Below, in pieces: positions 1 through 12,603 of a stretch of 64,000 bases of DNA; within the stretch, counting starts at the first letter, position 1; every line of letters starts with the position of its first letter. The DNA is from Eledone cirrhosa (Eukaryota). The DNA is taken from positions 30,938,001 through 31,002,000 of the forward strand of contig OZ024747.1 in the NCBI GenBank assembly GCA_964016885.1, given 5' to 3'. A model generated the notes under the pieces. The model was given only the letters and a program-made list of their open reading frames with translations. It had not been told where the DNA came from and did not search any database. A program made the translations under genes and the position numbers.

Positions 1-630
1 AATACTGCACTTTAAGCAAATATGTTAATGTATGAGAATCTATGGTGGGTGCTGTATGCTGATAGTGTTCGAATTAATGTGTGTTGAGAAACATACAGTT
101 TTTGCAGACTTTTCAATGACATATGTTGAATAAAATTTTAGTTAATGTTTATATTTAATGTTAAAGTTAGTTAGAACAATGGATTGTGAATTAGTCTTAA
201 TGTATTCATATTCATAGACTATATTTGATCAACCGTTAAATTTTCCAATCGTTAATTTCCGGAAGTGAATAAAGGGAGCTAATGCGTAAGGGGAGGTAAC
301 TAGCTAATTAAGTTCAATTCAGTTATTAAAATTCTTTTGTTCTAATACACATTATAATGTGATATCATTGGATCTCTGTTACATAACGCTGTATATTTAT
401 ACCTGATTTTAAATACAGTGTCTTTTACTATCATACATTAAAGTTCTCTTTAGATTGTTATCTATTCATTACTGGACAAGGTATATGTTATGAAGGATTG
501 TAGCTGTTAATATGTCAAAATAGATATGCCATATGTGTAATAATATACATTATTGTTTTGAAAGTTAATCCCTAATATTCAATGCTATTACATTTTATAT
601 TTAATTATAAATGTATATATACTTTATTAT
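1..630 (-). mobile_element. Decayed 3' non-coding region of a Naiad-like Penelope element; continues at about 5242-5530 after the RTE insertion
   Basis: 259-310 (ccggaagt...gggagctaatgcgtaaggggaggtaactagct) matches 11772-11830 and 47071-47130; 5497-5530 matches 12576-12610. Confidence 0.55.
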
Positions 631-671
631 TATTATGTTGTGTAATTTAAGTATTTAATTATACAATTAAA

Positions 672-1590
672 TCTCTCTCAGTTATTTACCATGCGACCCT
701 CAGTTCCTACCCCCCCCCCTCTATGCACTTCTTTAAGGCTTACTACCCTGTCTTTAACCTAATTCATTCAATCTGAAAATCTACGAAGGTATTTTAGCCT
801 ACATATTGTCGTTAATATTATGATGTTCCCTGCTGTATTAGCGTTAAATTTTCCCTGCTGTATTAGCGATAAATTTTCTAGGGTTTCTCTTAGTAGTTTT
901 TTTCATGACGTTATTATTGTTAATTTTACTGATGTAGTATTAACTTGGATATTTACCATGCGACCCTCAGTTCCTACCTTACAATTCCCATTCTTCTCTG
1001 CTAAAATGTATCACTAGAGCTGACTCCAATTATTCCAGCCATCCATCTAATCTACGAAGGTATTTTAGCCTACATATTGTCGTTAATATTATGATGTTCC
1101 CTGCTGTATTAGCGTTAAATTTTCCCTGCTGTATTAGCGATAAATTTTCTAGGGTTTCTCTTAGTAGTTTTTTTTTTTTTCATGACGTTATTATTGTTAA
1201 TTTTACTGATGTAGTATTAACTTATTAACTTGGATATTTACCATGCGGTATTCTAATCCTATTGTATCTCTCTCAGTTATTTACCATGCGACCCTCAGTT
1301 CCTACCCCCCCCCCTCTCTATGCACTTCTTTAAGGCTTACTACCCTGTCTTTAACCTAATTCATTCAATCTGAAAATCTACGAAGGTATTTTAGCCTACA
1401 TATTGTCGTTAATATTATGATGTTCCCTGCTGTATTAGCGTTAAATTTTCCCTGCTGTATTAGCGATAAATTTTCTAGGGTTTCTCTTAGTAGTTTTTTT
1501 TTTTTTTCATGACGTTATTATTGTTAATTTTACTGATGTAGTATTAACTTGGATATTTACCATGCGACCCTCAGTTCCTACCTTACAATT
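672..1590. repeat. Near-identical tandem/interspersed duplications upstream of the RTE ORF
   Basis: 672-990 is repeated at 1267-1590; a ~190-bp subunit (tctacgaaggtatttt...ggatatttaccatgcg) starts at ~780, ~1051 and ~1377; ccatgcgaccctcagttcctacc occurs 4 times. Confidence 0.9.
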
Positions 1591-1823
1591 TCCCTCCCCC
1601 CCCACCCCCACACACCACCATAGTCTATTCGACCAATCAAACCTAGCATGCCATTTCCACTGCTGCTGCTACTACCTGCCTAACTAACTCTCTCCTCCTC
1701 TGGCGCATCCCAACACACCCTGCCATTACCCCACCACCACTGTTCTTCTAGCCCTCAATTTTCCCACCGTTATGGATGGATGAGCTGGGAATACACGAGC
1801 AACTCTGAATCAATAGATGAAAT

Positions 1824-4800
1824 ATGAATCTGCGAGCTACCAAGCACCCACGTGAAGCGCCAACCCAGAGACCCTCCCCTACGAGTGTCGACAAATGCCC
1901 AAAACTCCGAGTTGGTACCATCAATGTAGGCTCAATGAAAGGAAGAGCAGGAGAAATCGTAGAAATGCTAGAGCGAAAGGAAGTTGATGTATGCTGTGTG
2001 CAAGAGACTAGATGGAGAGGAGGGTCTGCTAGAGTCCTTGTAGGAAAAAGCCAGTGCTACAAATTTTTCTGGGTGGGAAATGACGATGGGATGGGTGGTG
2101 TAGGTATACTATTAGCTGACAAGTGGGTAGATAAAGTAATCTCAGTGTACAGGGTAAATGCAAGAATCATTAAACTTAGACTAGTCCTGAATAAGACAAT
2201 TACCACAATAATATCAGCTTACGCACCCCAATCGGGGCTGCCAGACGAACTTAAGGATAGGTTTTACGAGTCCCTAATACACACTACTGCTCTAATAGAC
2301 GACAAGGACTTCCTAATCATTGCAGGAGATTTTAACGGACACGTAGGTAAACACTGCGACGGCTTCAATAGAGTACATGGAGGCCATGGAGTTGGCACAA
2401 GGAATGAGGAAGGATTCAGACTTCTAGAATTCTGCGACGCCAATGACATGTCGATATGTAACACAAACTTTAAAAAACCCGACAACCACCTGATCACCTA
2501 TAGATCAGGGGAGCACTCTAGTCAGTTAGATTTTATCCTCATCAGAGGACGTGACAGATGGACGGTCGTAAACACAAAAGCCTTCCCTAGTGAGGAATGT
2601 ACATCCCAACATAGCTTAGTTGTCAGCGACCTCACGGTCAGAACTAGACGAGCCCTGAAACAGAGGCCAACCTGGAGAAGAAAGATCTGGAAGCTGAAAG
2701 TCCCCTCAACCAGTAACAGATTTAAAGATATTTTACTCAACGCCTACGACAGTAAAGAAGAACAGATACAGACATTTAACGTAGAAGAGAACTGTGAGTT
2801 CCTAAAAAATAACTTACTAGAGGCGACGGATGAGGTTTGTGGCTGGAGTAAGACCTCAAGCAGGAGGAGAGTGACTTGGTGGTGGAACAATAAGGTAGAT
2901 GAGGCAGTCAAGGCCAAGAGACAGGCATGGAAAGAATGGAAGAACGGGGGGAGCAGGGTACATTACATAGAGACCAAGAGGGAAGCTAGGCGACAAGTAT
3001 ACTTAGCTAGGAGGGAAGCAGAGGATAGAAAATTCAAGCATGTTTTACAACGTGAGGACCAGAAACAGGAGGTATTCAAGATTGCGAGGCAGTGTGTCAG
3101 AGATAGTTGTGATGTCATTGGAGAGAAGTGTATCCGGAATGATAAAGGTGAGCTTGCCCTCACAAGTGCTGAGAAGAAAGATGCATGGAAGAGTCATTAT
3201 GATAGATTACTAAATGAGGAGAATGCATGGGAAGAAGAGACCCTACCCCACGTAGACCCTATAGAGGGACCAGCAGTACAAGTCAGCGGCAGCGTAGTAA
3301 GTAAGGCAATCAGAGATATGAAGATAGGGAAGGCAACCGGTCCATCGGGTATAGCTGCCGAGATGCTGAAGGCATCTGGGTCTGTAGGTCACACTATAAC
3401 CACACGTATCGTTAACCAGGTAATACTAGAGGGGGCCATACCAAAAGATTGGTGCAGTAGCATCATTGTCAACTGCTACAAAGGTAAAGGCGATGCACTA
3501 GATAGAGGAAACTATAGAGGTATAAAGTTGATGGACCAGGTCATGAAAGTAACAGAAAGAGTTATAGCACAGCTGATTAGGGACCGGGTGAATAAAGACG
3601 AGATGCAATTTGGGTTTGTACCAGGGAAAGGCACCACTGATGCCCTCTTCCTTGTGAGGCAATTACAGGAAAAGTACCTAGCTAAAAGTAAGCCACTCTA
3701 CTTGGCATTTGTCGACCTTGAGAAAGCCTTTGACAGAGTTCCACGTGCAGTAATCTGGTGGGCTCTTAGAAAACTAGGAGTAGATGAATGGCTTGTGAAA
3801 GCGGTACAAGCCATGTATAGGGGAGCAGTCAGCAAAGTTAGGATTGGCAATGAGTATAGCGAGGAATTTAGCGTACAGGTTGGGGTCCACCAGGGCTCTG
3901 TTCTTAGCCCTCTCCTGTTCATCATAGTCCTGCAGGCAATAACGGAGGAGTTTAAGACCGGATGCCCATGGGAACTCCTGTATGCTGATGACCTCGCACT
4001 CATAGCTGAATCTATGGTAGAACTAGAGAATAAATTCCAAACCTGGAAGCAGGGACTAGAGAGAAAGGGCCTCAAAGTCAACATGACAAAGACTAAGGTC
4101 CTTGTAAGTAGACGAGAAAACAGAACCCAGATCCCCTCAGGGAAATGGCCTTGCTCAGTATGTAGGAAAGGTGTAGGTAGGAACTCCATTCTCTGCCCCA
4201 AATGCAAACAATGGGTACACAAGAGATGTAGCGGGATCTCAGGAAGCTTAATTAAGAATGTAGGATTCACATGCAGCAGCTGTGCTGAAACAGCAAGCAA
4301 ACAGCCACAGGAAACAAGTACCACCAATCTCTGGGAGGGCCCTGTAGAAACAGTAGACAGCTTCTGCTACCTAGGTGACCGAATTAGCAACGGAGGTGGG
4401 TGCTCAGAAAGTACAATAACTAGGGTAAGAACGGGATGGAAGAAGTTTAGGGAACTACTACCACTGCTAGCTGCAAAAGGCTTCTCCCTCAGAATGAAAG
4501 GCAGACTGTATGATGCGTGTATCCGAACAGCAATGTTGCATGGTAGTGAGACCTGGGCGCTGAAGGTGGAAGACTTACGTAGATTAGAGAGAAACGAAGC
4601 CTGCATGCTCCGATGGATGTGTAACAGTAATATACGTGAACGACAAAGCATAAAGGAATTGAGAGAGAGACTGAGCATAAGAGGAATCAAATGCTGCGTG
4701 CAGGAGAGGCGGTTACGCTGGTATGGACATGTGATGCGTATGAAGGATGACAGCTGCATAAAAAGGTGCAGAGCACTAGAAGTTGATGGAAACCGCGGAG

Positions 4801-4943
4801 TGGGGAGACCCAAGATGACTTGGGATGAGGTGATAAAAGCCGACCTTACCCAACTACACCTCTCAAAGTCAATGACACACGACCGTGACTTCTGGCGTCA
4901 CGCAGTAATACAGGGTACCCGACCTCCCATGGGTACATGCTGA
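1824..4943 (+). CDS. RTE-clade LINE ORF, intact: APE endonuclease, reverse transcriptase and inserted PHD-like Cys/His finger
   Basis: APE motifs GTINVG, VQETRW, AYAPQ, GDFNGH, QLDFIL, SQHSLV; RT motifs FVDLEKAFDRV, GVHQGSVLSP, LYADD; finger CSVC..CPKC...H..C..CSSC; RTE C-terminus LHGSETW, RRLRWYGHV. Confidence 0.95.
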   Translation: MNLRATKHPREAPTQRPSPTSVDKCPKLRVGTINVGSMKGRAGEIVEMLERKEVDVCCVQETRWRGGSARVLVGKSQCYKFFWVGNDDGMGGVGILLADKWVDKVISVYRVNARIIKLRLVLNKTITTIISAYAPQSGLPDELKDRFYESLIHTTALIDDKDFLIIAGDFNGHVGKHCDGFNRVHGGHGVGTRNEEGFRLLEFCDANDMSICNTNFKKPDNHLITYRSGEHSSQLDFILIRGRDRWTVVNTKAFPSEECTSQHSLVVSDLTVRTRRALKQRPTWRRKIWKLKVPSTSNRFKDILLNAYDSKEEQIQTFNVEENCEFLKNNLLEATDEVCGWSKTSSRRRVTWWWNNKVDEAVKAKRQAWKEWKNGGSRVHYIETKREARRQVYLARREAEDRKFKHVLQREDQKQEVFKIARQCVRDSCDVIGEKCIRNDKGELALTSAEKKDAWKSHYDRLLNEENAWEEETLPHVDPIEGPAVQVSGSVVSKAIRDMKIGKATGPSGIAAEMLKASGSVGHTITTRIVNQVILEGAIPKDWCSSIIVNCYKGKGDALDRGNYRGIKLMDQVMKVTERVIAQLIRDRVNKDEMQFGFVPGKGTTDALFLVRQLQEKYLAKSKPLYLAFVDLEKAFDRVPRAVIWWALRKLGVDEWLVKAVQAMYRGAVSKVRIGNEYSEEFSVQVGVHQGSVLSPLLFIIVLQAITEEFKTGCPWELLYADDLALIAESMVELENKFQTWKQGLERKGLKVNMTKTKVLVSRRENRTQIPSGKWPCSVCRKGVGRNSILCPKCKQWVHKRCSGISGSLIKNVGFTCSSCAETASKQPQETSTTNLWEGPVETVDSFCYLGDRISNGGGCSESTITRVRTGWKKFRELLPLLAAKGFSLRMKGRLYDACIRTAMLHGSETWALKVEDLRRLERNEACMLRWMCNSNIRERQSIKELRERLSIRGIKCCVQERRLRWYGHVMRMKDDSCIKRCRALEVDGNRGVGRPKMTWDEVIKADLTQLHLSKSMTHDRDFWRHAVIQGTRPPMGTC

Positions 4944-5979
4944 AGCATATAAACAATATGCCCCCCCCCCCCACCGCAAGGTGGCCGTGGAGGTGCCACG
5001 GCAAAAAAGCACCCAGCCCACACTGTAAAGTGGACGTGTAGGCGCCACGAAAAAGCACCCAGCACTCACTGTAAATGAGGTTGGTGTTAGGAAGGGCATC
5101 CAGCTGTAGAAATCAAGCCAGATCAGTTCCTGTATGAGCAAGGCATGGTCAGCCGACCAGACACTGCCCACAACAGGACAACCCGTCTAACCCATGCTAG
5201 CGTGGAAGAACGGACGTAAAACGGTGATGATGATGATGATGAATTATAAATGCATATATAGTTTATTATCACATATTACATTAAATGTCTCTACATACCA
5301 AGTACCAAATATCCATTACTGTATATGATATAATTAATCTATTGTAGTTATATCACAAGGTGGTAACTCTATGTCTAATTCTAACTGTTATTGCAGAGCA
5401 TAAGGTTATAGATGAATAGCAGCTGTGTAGAGGAAAGAGTTGGTCGAAGGGTTTGTGGTTGTGGGTGCTGCTAAGTCCTAGATGTGTAGTGTTAATGGTG
5501 GTGGGGGATTCAAATCTGACATTGTTGTATACTAACAGCACAGTACCTTCGAAATATATATAATAAAACATATATTTTGATTATGTGAATGTCTTCATTT
5601 ATTAATATTCTGAATAATATTAATAACTCCAGAAAATTTCCTTGTAGAGTGCTTTTAATCTATTGTAAAACTATATTCATTGAGTAATCAATGAATCATA
5701 TTAATTTTTGATTATATATATATATATATATATATATGGAAGTATGTTTGGAATGTGGCAAGTGAAGGTTTAGAATTGAAATAGAAATAGAAGCTACACT
5801 GTAACATTGACTATATAATATAGTCTAATAATCCCACGGAAAATATAGGTAACTATTTCTAAACATATTTATTACTAGTACATATTAAATGAATTTCTGT
5901 TTTCATCGTAAGCGAGATCATCTGTAACTCATTATTACTATATATAAAGGGCGCTGGATTGTTACTATATATAAAGAGC

Positions 5980-6172
5980 AGTGGATTGGCAATATTTGTA
6001 GAGCGTCAGACTCTATGCTATGCCGTATAGAGTTATGGCCCTTTGCATTTTAAGTGCAAATCCGGCCGAGATAATCTTTGCCTTTCATCCTTACGGGGTT
6101 GATAAAATAAAGCCCCACTAATGTACTGGGATAATTGCTGGCCTTGTGCCAAAAAGGAGAAACAATTATTAC
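5980..6172 (+). mobile_element. Diverged Meta-domain tRNA SINE
   Basis: gtggattggcaat...tttgcctttcatccttacggggttgataaaataaag...gctggccttgtgcc, same layout as 10723-10910. Confidence 0.7.
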
Positions 6173-6278
6173 TATATAGAAATATATATATATATGTGTA
6201 AATGAAGTAATTCCGTCGGAAAGGTCCCGGAAAAAAGAGTGCTCTATGTAGGTTACAGAGCTTAATAGTTATGTAATA

Positions 6279-6903
6279 AACAAATTTTGCTTTCAATCAT
6301 CAGAATGAAAAAATCCTGGTGTATTTATTGACATAGGATTTTAAAAACAAAAATATAATCTATATGAAAGTGAGGCTGGAAAAGGAAGAAGGAAGGAAAA
6401 ATAAACACACATGCACACACACACACACACAATTGCATACACACACACAATTAATTATAAGAAAAAATATAATAAACATACCATCACATAAGAATAAAAA
6501 CAAATGTAAAAATTATCATAAAGTTGACAGCGATACAGACAAATAAATGAACAAACACACGTGGTAAGCAATACACACAATTGAACATACACATACATAC
6601 ATAAAAATAAATACATACACACACACACACATACATATACACATACAAATACATACACATATACATACACACTCATATATATATATATACACATATATAT
6701 ACATACATATACACACATACATACAAATACATACAGACACATGTATGTGTGTAAAACACATTCTTAGATGTATTCATTGAACCTTGTTTAACTCTTAAAT
6801 ATATATATCACTTACATATAGATTATATTTTTGTTTTTAAAATCCAATGTCAATAAATACACCAGGATTTTTTCATTTTGATAATTGAAAGCAAAATGTG
6901 TTT
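6279..6903. repeat. Inverted partial pseudo-LTR pair (6279-6366 / 6815-6903) at the 5' end of Naiad-like element 1
   Basis: Reverse-complement match; the minus-strand copy carries a hammerhead 5' half with canonical CTGATGA at 6297-6303. Confidence 0.8.
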
Positions 6904-6931
6904 GCTTTCAAGAAACCACTGGTAAATGAAA
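6871..6931 (+). ncRNA. Type I hammerhead ribozyme (U3:A8 core variant) in the 5' pseudo-LTR of Naiad-like element 1
   Basis: tttcatt-TTGATAA-ttgaaagcaaa(atgtg)tttgctttcaa-GAAA-ccactgg-TA-aatgaaa: 7-bp stem I, 11-bp stem II, GUA cleavage triplet. Confidence 0.85.
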
Positions 6932-6961
6932 TAATTGCCTTTAACATCCACCATGAAATAA

Positions 6962-9059
6962 TTGCCTTTAACATACACCATGGACCTTTATGAAATGGAT
7001 TATTCAATCAAAAATATACCTACTCCTTCCAACACAACTTATACCAAACTGCTTATAGATAAAATCGAACAAGTCGTTAAAAGAATGAGATGGAAGGCAA
7101 TGGTTTACGATGGACTATTCAGTGCTGATACTAATGATTGTTTTGACATAAAATCCCGTAAATACCCACCTAGAATTAAAGACATGGCCAACTTCGAATT
7201 AGACCTTCTTAATTTAATTAGTGATATCAAATTTCGTAAGTACAATAATCATTTTCAAACTAAACTGTCTAACGATATTTCTAAATTCTACAAACAGTTT
7301 TGTTCTTTCCGATAAAACTAAAAATTTCTTTGAAGTTAATAGTATTTTGTATTACCAACTTTTAACTAATAGTATCACCAACAAATATCAATTAGCTAAT
7401 AATAACACCTACAATACTATTAATAAAGAAGCTAAAGAACTAGCTAGTTCTTTAAAAATAGACAACCGGATTGAAAGCCTAGCTAAACGTAAAGTATATA
7501 TAACCCTTAAAGACCATAAATTAGACTTTACTAATCGACCTAGTTGTAGACTGATTAACCCGGCTAAATCCGAAGTTTGCCTTGCAAGTAAACAAATCTT
7601 AAGAAAAATAATTCTCCAAATTAGAACTAAGACTGACTTATCACAATGGTTAAATACATCCTCTGTTATTTCTTGGTTTAATAATATACAAGGTAAAAAT
7701 AAGTGTAGATTTACCCAATTTGATATTGTTGATTTTTACCCATCTATTACTGTTTCCTTATTAACTAAAGCCTTAGATTTTGCAAGACCCTTCATTAATA
7801 TTTCTAAATTAGAAGAAGACATTATCTTTCATGCTAGAAAAACTCTACTCTTTACTAATGAAAGTATTTGGGTTAAAAAGTCAAACCCTGAAAATTCTTT
7901 TGATGTTGCAATGGATTCATATGACAGTGCGGGTGTGTGTGACTTAGTAGGATTATTCCTTCTCCACACCCTCAAAGAATATAATATCGGTTTATGCCCA
8001 TAATATCGGTTTATGCCGTGACGACGGATTGGCAGTTTCTCATACCACCAACGGCCATAACCTTGATAAATTCCGTAAAGACTTAATCAATACTTTTGCT
8101 AATCTTAACCTTAAAATTACTATAGATACGAACCTTACCAATGCTAACTTTCTTGACATTAATATTGATCTACTTACTGCCTCTTTTAAACCTTATCATA
8201 AACCTAACGAAAATCCTAGATATATACACAAAGAATCTTGCCATCCCCCTATAGTTTTTAAAAATCTTATTCCCAACATTAGCCGTAGGATTTCTACCTT
8301 ATCTTCGTCTCTAGACATTTTTAATAAAGCCGCCCCTTATTATAATAAATCCCTTAATAACAGCGGATTTACAGAACACATTAATTATTTACCTACTCCT
8401 CCCCCTAAGACTAACCACAATAACAGGAAAAGGAAAATTATTTGGTTTACACCCCCTTCTCTCTAACTGTCAAAACTAATGTAGGAAGGAAATTCCTTGA
8501 CCTCTTAGACAAACATTTTCCTCCTAATCATAGATATTATAAGATATTTAATAGAAATGTAGTTAAAATCAGTTACTCTTGCTGCCCATCAATGAAGTCT
8601 AAAATCACTAATTCTAATCGTACAAGAATAAATCCAGGATGCAGTTGCAGGAAGGCGGATGAATGCCCATTACAGGGCACATGTAACACCAAATCCATTG
8701 TATATGAGGCCAAAGTGACACCTTTAATTAACAACCAGCCAGCCAGGAGTGAACGATATGTTGGCATGACTCAGGACAGGTTTAAAACCAGGTTTTATGC
8801 ACATGTCGCTTCTTTTAAATACTCCGATAAAAGAACAGCAACGGCTCTCGCAAATAAGGTGTGGGAATTCAAGGATAAAAACATCCCGTACTCTATCGAT
8901 TGGTCTATTTTAGACCATTCGAGGGAGTACCAAAGGGGCACAAAGAATTGTTCTTTGTGTACCACTGAAAAATTTAGGATTTTACAAAACTTGAAAGCCA
9001 CTTCAACTTGCCTGAAATCCAAGACCGAGATCTTCAGATGTTGTCCTCACCTGAAATAA
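6962..9059 (+). pseudogene. Naiad-like Penelope retroelement ORF 1 (RT plus C-terminal GIY-YIG), frameshifted
   Basis: SIKNIPTPS...KRMRWKA N-terminus; RLINPAKS; QFDIVDFYPSI; GLCRDDGL at ~8008-8031; CSC..CP..G.C; IVYEA..YVGMT..FKTRFYAH; split over 4 ORFs. Confidence 0.9.
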
Positions 9060-9326
9060 CATCTGATCTGTAACTGGATTGACATTCCTACGATGAGTCA
9101 ACCACCTTGAACTTCTTCTCTGCTCTCTACGCCTTACATCCACTACGGTTTTTTTACCTTCTGAACTCACTTTCTGTACTCTTATATACTTTTTCTCCCT
9201 TATCCCCCCTTATATTTAAACCTTTTCCTATGTCATTTTTTTCTATATTCCCCCCTACTTTCTACCTTACCCTTTACATACCCGCCTTTTTTATTTTTAG
9301 ATATTTATTTCTGTGTGTGTGTGTGT

Positions 9327-9395
<69 letters not shown>

Positions 9396-9472
9396 ATGCA
9401 TGTGTATATATAATTATATATATCTGTATGTGTGTATATAATTGTATTTTATATGCTTCTGTTGTATTTGTG

Positions 9473-9527
<55 letters not shown>

Positions 9528-9614
9528 TTATTAAGGTGGTGACGTAACTTTTTGTAGATGTGTGGGTGTGTGTATATGTGTATTTTTATATAATTGTTTA
9601 TGTATGTATATATA

Positions 9615-9803
9615 TAATTGTTTCTACTTTAGGCACAAGGCCAGCAATTATCCCAGTGCATTACTGGTACTTTATTTTATCGACCCCGTAAGGATGAAAG
9701 GCAAAGTCAACCTCGGCGGGATTTGAACTCAGATCGTAAAGGGACGTAACTATGCTGGAAAGCATGGCGTCCGACCCTCTACCGATACTGCCAATCCACC
9801 GCC
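9615..9803 (-). mobile_element. Meta-domain tRNA-derived SINE
   Basis: B-box-like gagttcaaatcc; Meta-like gcctttcatccttacggggtcgataaaataaagtacc; near-identical to 10723-10910. Confidence 0.85.
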
Positions 9804-9868
9804 CATGTGTATATATATAATAGCCTCAGAAACGGCTTGAGCTCTGCTGTCGGGGTTATACATTTTCC

Positions 9869-9905
<37 letters not shown>

Positions 9906-10185
9906 GGTTGTGTGTGTTTGTATATATATATACGTGTATGTATATATCTATGTGTATGTATATGCATAATTACATACAGTGATTTAATGCTTATTTTCAT
10001 TGATCATTTGCTCCAGGAATTGTTGAGTGCTCTAAATTAGATATAAACATTTATACCCTTTTCTAATTATTTATTTATTTATTATTTGTCGTATTCCCAA
10101 CTATTTGTTTACCCCTTTCACCTTTTTATTTTTATATATATATAATATTTATGTATTATCATATATATATGTGTGTGTGTATGTG

Positions 10186-10247
<62 letters not shown>

Positions 10248-10337
10248 AGAGTTAAACAAGGTTCAATGAATACATCTAAGAATGAGTTTTACACACATAC
10301 ATGTGTGTGTATGTATTGGTATGTATGTGTGTGTATA

Positions 10338-10412
<75 letters not shown>

Positions 10413-10722
10413 ATATGTATATGTATGTGTGTGTATGTATTTATTTTTATGTATGTATGTGCAATTGTGTGTATTGCTTACCACGTGTGTTTGTACATTT
10501 ATTTGTTGCCTGTATCGCTGTCAACTTTATAATACTTTTTACATTTATTTTTATTCTTATGTGACGGTATTTTTCTTATATTTTTTCTTATAATTAATTG
10601 TGTGTGCGTATATAGGTGTGTGTACATATATCTATATTTGTGTATGCGTATGTATGCGTGTATATATGTGTGTATGTACGTGTGTATATATGTATGATTA
10701 TGTGTATGTATATAACATATAT

Positions 10723-10910
10723 AGGGCGGTGGATTGGCAGTATCGGTAGAGGGTCGGACGCCATGCTTTCCAGCATAGTTATGTCCCTTTACGATCTGAG
10801 TTCAAATCCCGCCGAGGTTGACTATGCCTTTCATCCTTATGGGGTCGATAAAATAAAGTACCAGTAATGCACTGGGTAATTGCTGGCCTTGTGCCTGAAG
10901 TAGAAACAAT
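10723..10910 (+). mobile_element. Meta-domain tRNA-derived SINE
   Basis: gggcggtggattggcagtatcggtaga...ctgagttcaaatcccgccgagg...cctttcatccttatggggtcgataaaataaagtacc...ttgtgcctgaagtagaaac. Confidence 0.85.
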
Positions 10911-10916
10911 TATGTG

Positions 10917-10960
<44 letters not shown>

Positions 10961-11066
10961 TGTGTGTGTTTGTGTATTTGTGTGTATGTGTATGTATGGA
11001 TATGTTGATATATATATGTGTATGTATGGAAATTACATTAATCAAAGTTCAGTTTAAATCATTTAT

Positions 11067-11115
11067 TTGCTTACAATTGTTTCCTCCAAACCGAGGTTTG
11101 GATTATTCGGAGCAA
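11067..11115 (-). ncRNA. Hammerhead motif in the 3' pLTR (core CCGAATA, probably inactivated)
   Basis: ttgct-CCGAATA-a tccaaacc tc ggtttgga g-GAAA-caattg-TA-agcaa. Confidence 0.65.
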
Positions 11116-12603
11116 CTATTTAGTGATCTATAACATACTTGACCTCCTTTTCAACACAAGAGACATATAAACATATGTATATATTGACCCACAGTGGGTT
11201 GACATCCCTCATAATGATATAGCATGGCAATTTACATATAAAGGTTAAAGGACAAAATTAAAGTTAAAATTAAAATTAAAATTAAAATAAAACATTGGCA
11301 TTTTCTGAAGATAAAGCAAGCGGAAAGTTTAGAGTAGTCAGTGTATGAAACAGTCTCACGTGTGGCATGCACGCGTGTCTTATTTATACAGGATTATAGT
11401 GCGGCAGATTGTTACATGTAAAAACAAGTAGTTGAAGCAGGCAATCAATAGCATCATGGGGGCCGTATTGTTAAAGCATTTTTTCACATACACCTGTACG
11501 ATATATAATCCCGTTTGTAGAGAAACACCAAAAATATCAAAAATATCAAAAATATTATAAAAGAGAAGCAAAACAGCACCACTCTCCTCGCACCCACCAC
11601 CACTCACACAATCCAGGAAACATAATATATAGACTACATGTCTATCACACAATCCACGATGATTCAGCATTGGGTGTCTGGAGAACCACGTTATAAATCA
11701 TATCTTGTCGTTTCTTAATTTGATTCATAGATCAGGTTGTTTTTGTTGTGAGAGATGACATTGTATTATATTCCGGAAGTGTGTGTGTGACTAAGGGGAG
11801 TTAATGCGTAAGGGGAGGTAACTAGCTGATTTTCATAGTTAAATTTATTATCCTAAAGTGCATTAATGGTGTTTCAAATGAGTCCTTATCATATAGGGTT
11901 ATAAACAATTTCTAAATTTAAGTATCTTATCTATAAATTACAGTGTAGTCTATTAAGAAGTACTAAAGGTGTTCATATCAGGATGATTACCTTCTATCAT
12001 GGAGTGCCACAACTGAACATTCCACAAGAAGAGTCAGATCTCCAAATCAATGATCTTTGTAAGTGTAGTCCACCCGCAGAACCTGGCAGGGTCTTATTAC
12101 TATATATGACTCCCGGTAAGCTCTGGGTCATTGTATGTCTGAATGCATGGCAAATTTAAATATCACCAGACCAGGGTGGTCCGGAGATCAATTCTCTCAT
12201 ACAAAGACACTAATCTGGCCATCAAGCAATACATATATTCCTAACTCATATATCACCTGTACATAATTCATTGTACTCAGCATATAGAATATATAGCCCT
12301 TATAATAAATTAATTACTTAATCTTCTATCTATCCTATGGTGGCACTCCATGCACAGGACAATGTTAGCACAACCATTTCAGTGCCTACAGTTTACATTA
12401 ATCATATATTAGTGCAATGTAGTCCAAGTAATTCAAGGCCAATATATCAAAAGTAGAAGTACATGGGGATATCTCCAGGGTAAAAGGTACTACTAGGGTG
12501 TCACTATTTGCGTTAATGTGTATTAATGGGTGTGGAGATGAGGTGTAAGGTGTGCCACTGATGCTAGTTGCTAGAGGTGGTGACGGGTTCAAGTCTGACA
12601 TTG

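Larger units (their letters stand above)
631..5241 (+). mobile_element. Probable full-length RTE LINE with modular 3' UTR and (GAT)n tail
   Basis: Intact ORF; 3' UTR 4944-5224; (GAT)n 5225-5241; possible 28-bp TSD 603-630 / 5242-5269 (26/28 identical); 5' boundary uncertain. Confidence 0.75.

Noticed and set aside
2264-4813. Antisense ORFs over the RTE elements
   Set aside because: Shadow frames of the sense-strand ORF
9107-10870. ORFs such as [12 protein letters not shown] (also at 21.5, 24.3, 47.6 and 56.2 kb) and poly-K/S/F at 27.7 kb
   Set aside because: Translations of microsatellites
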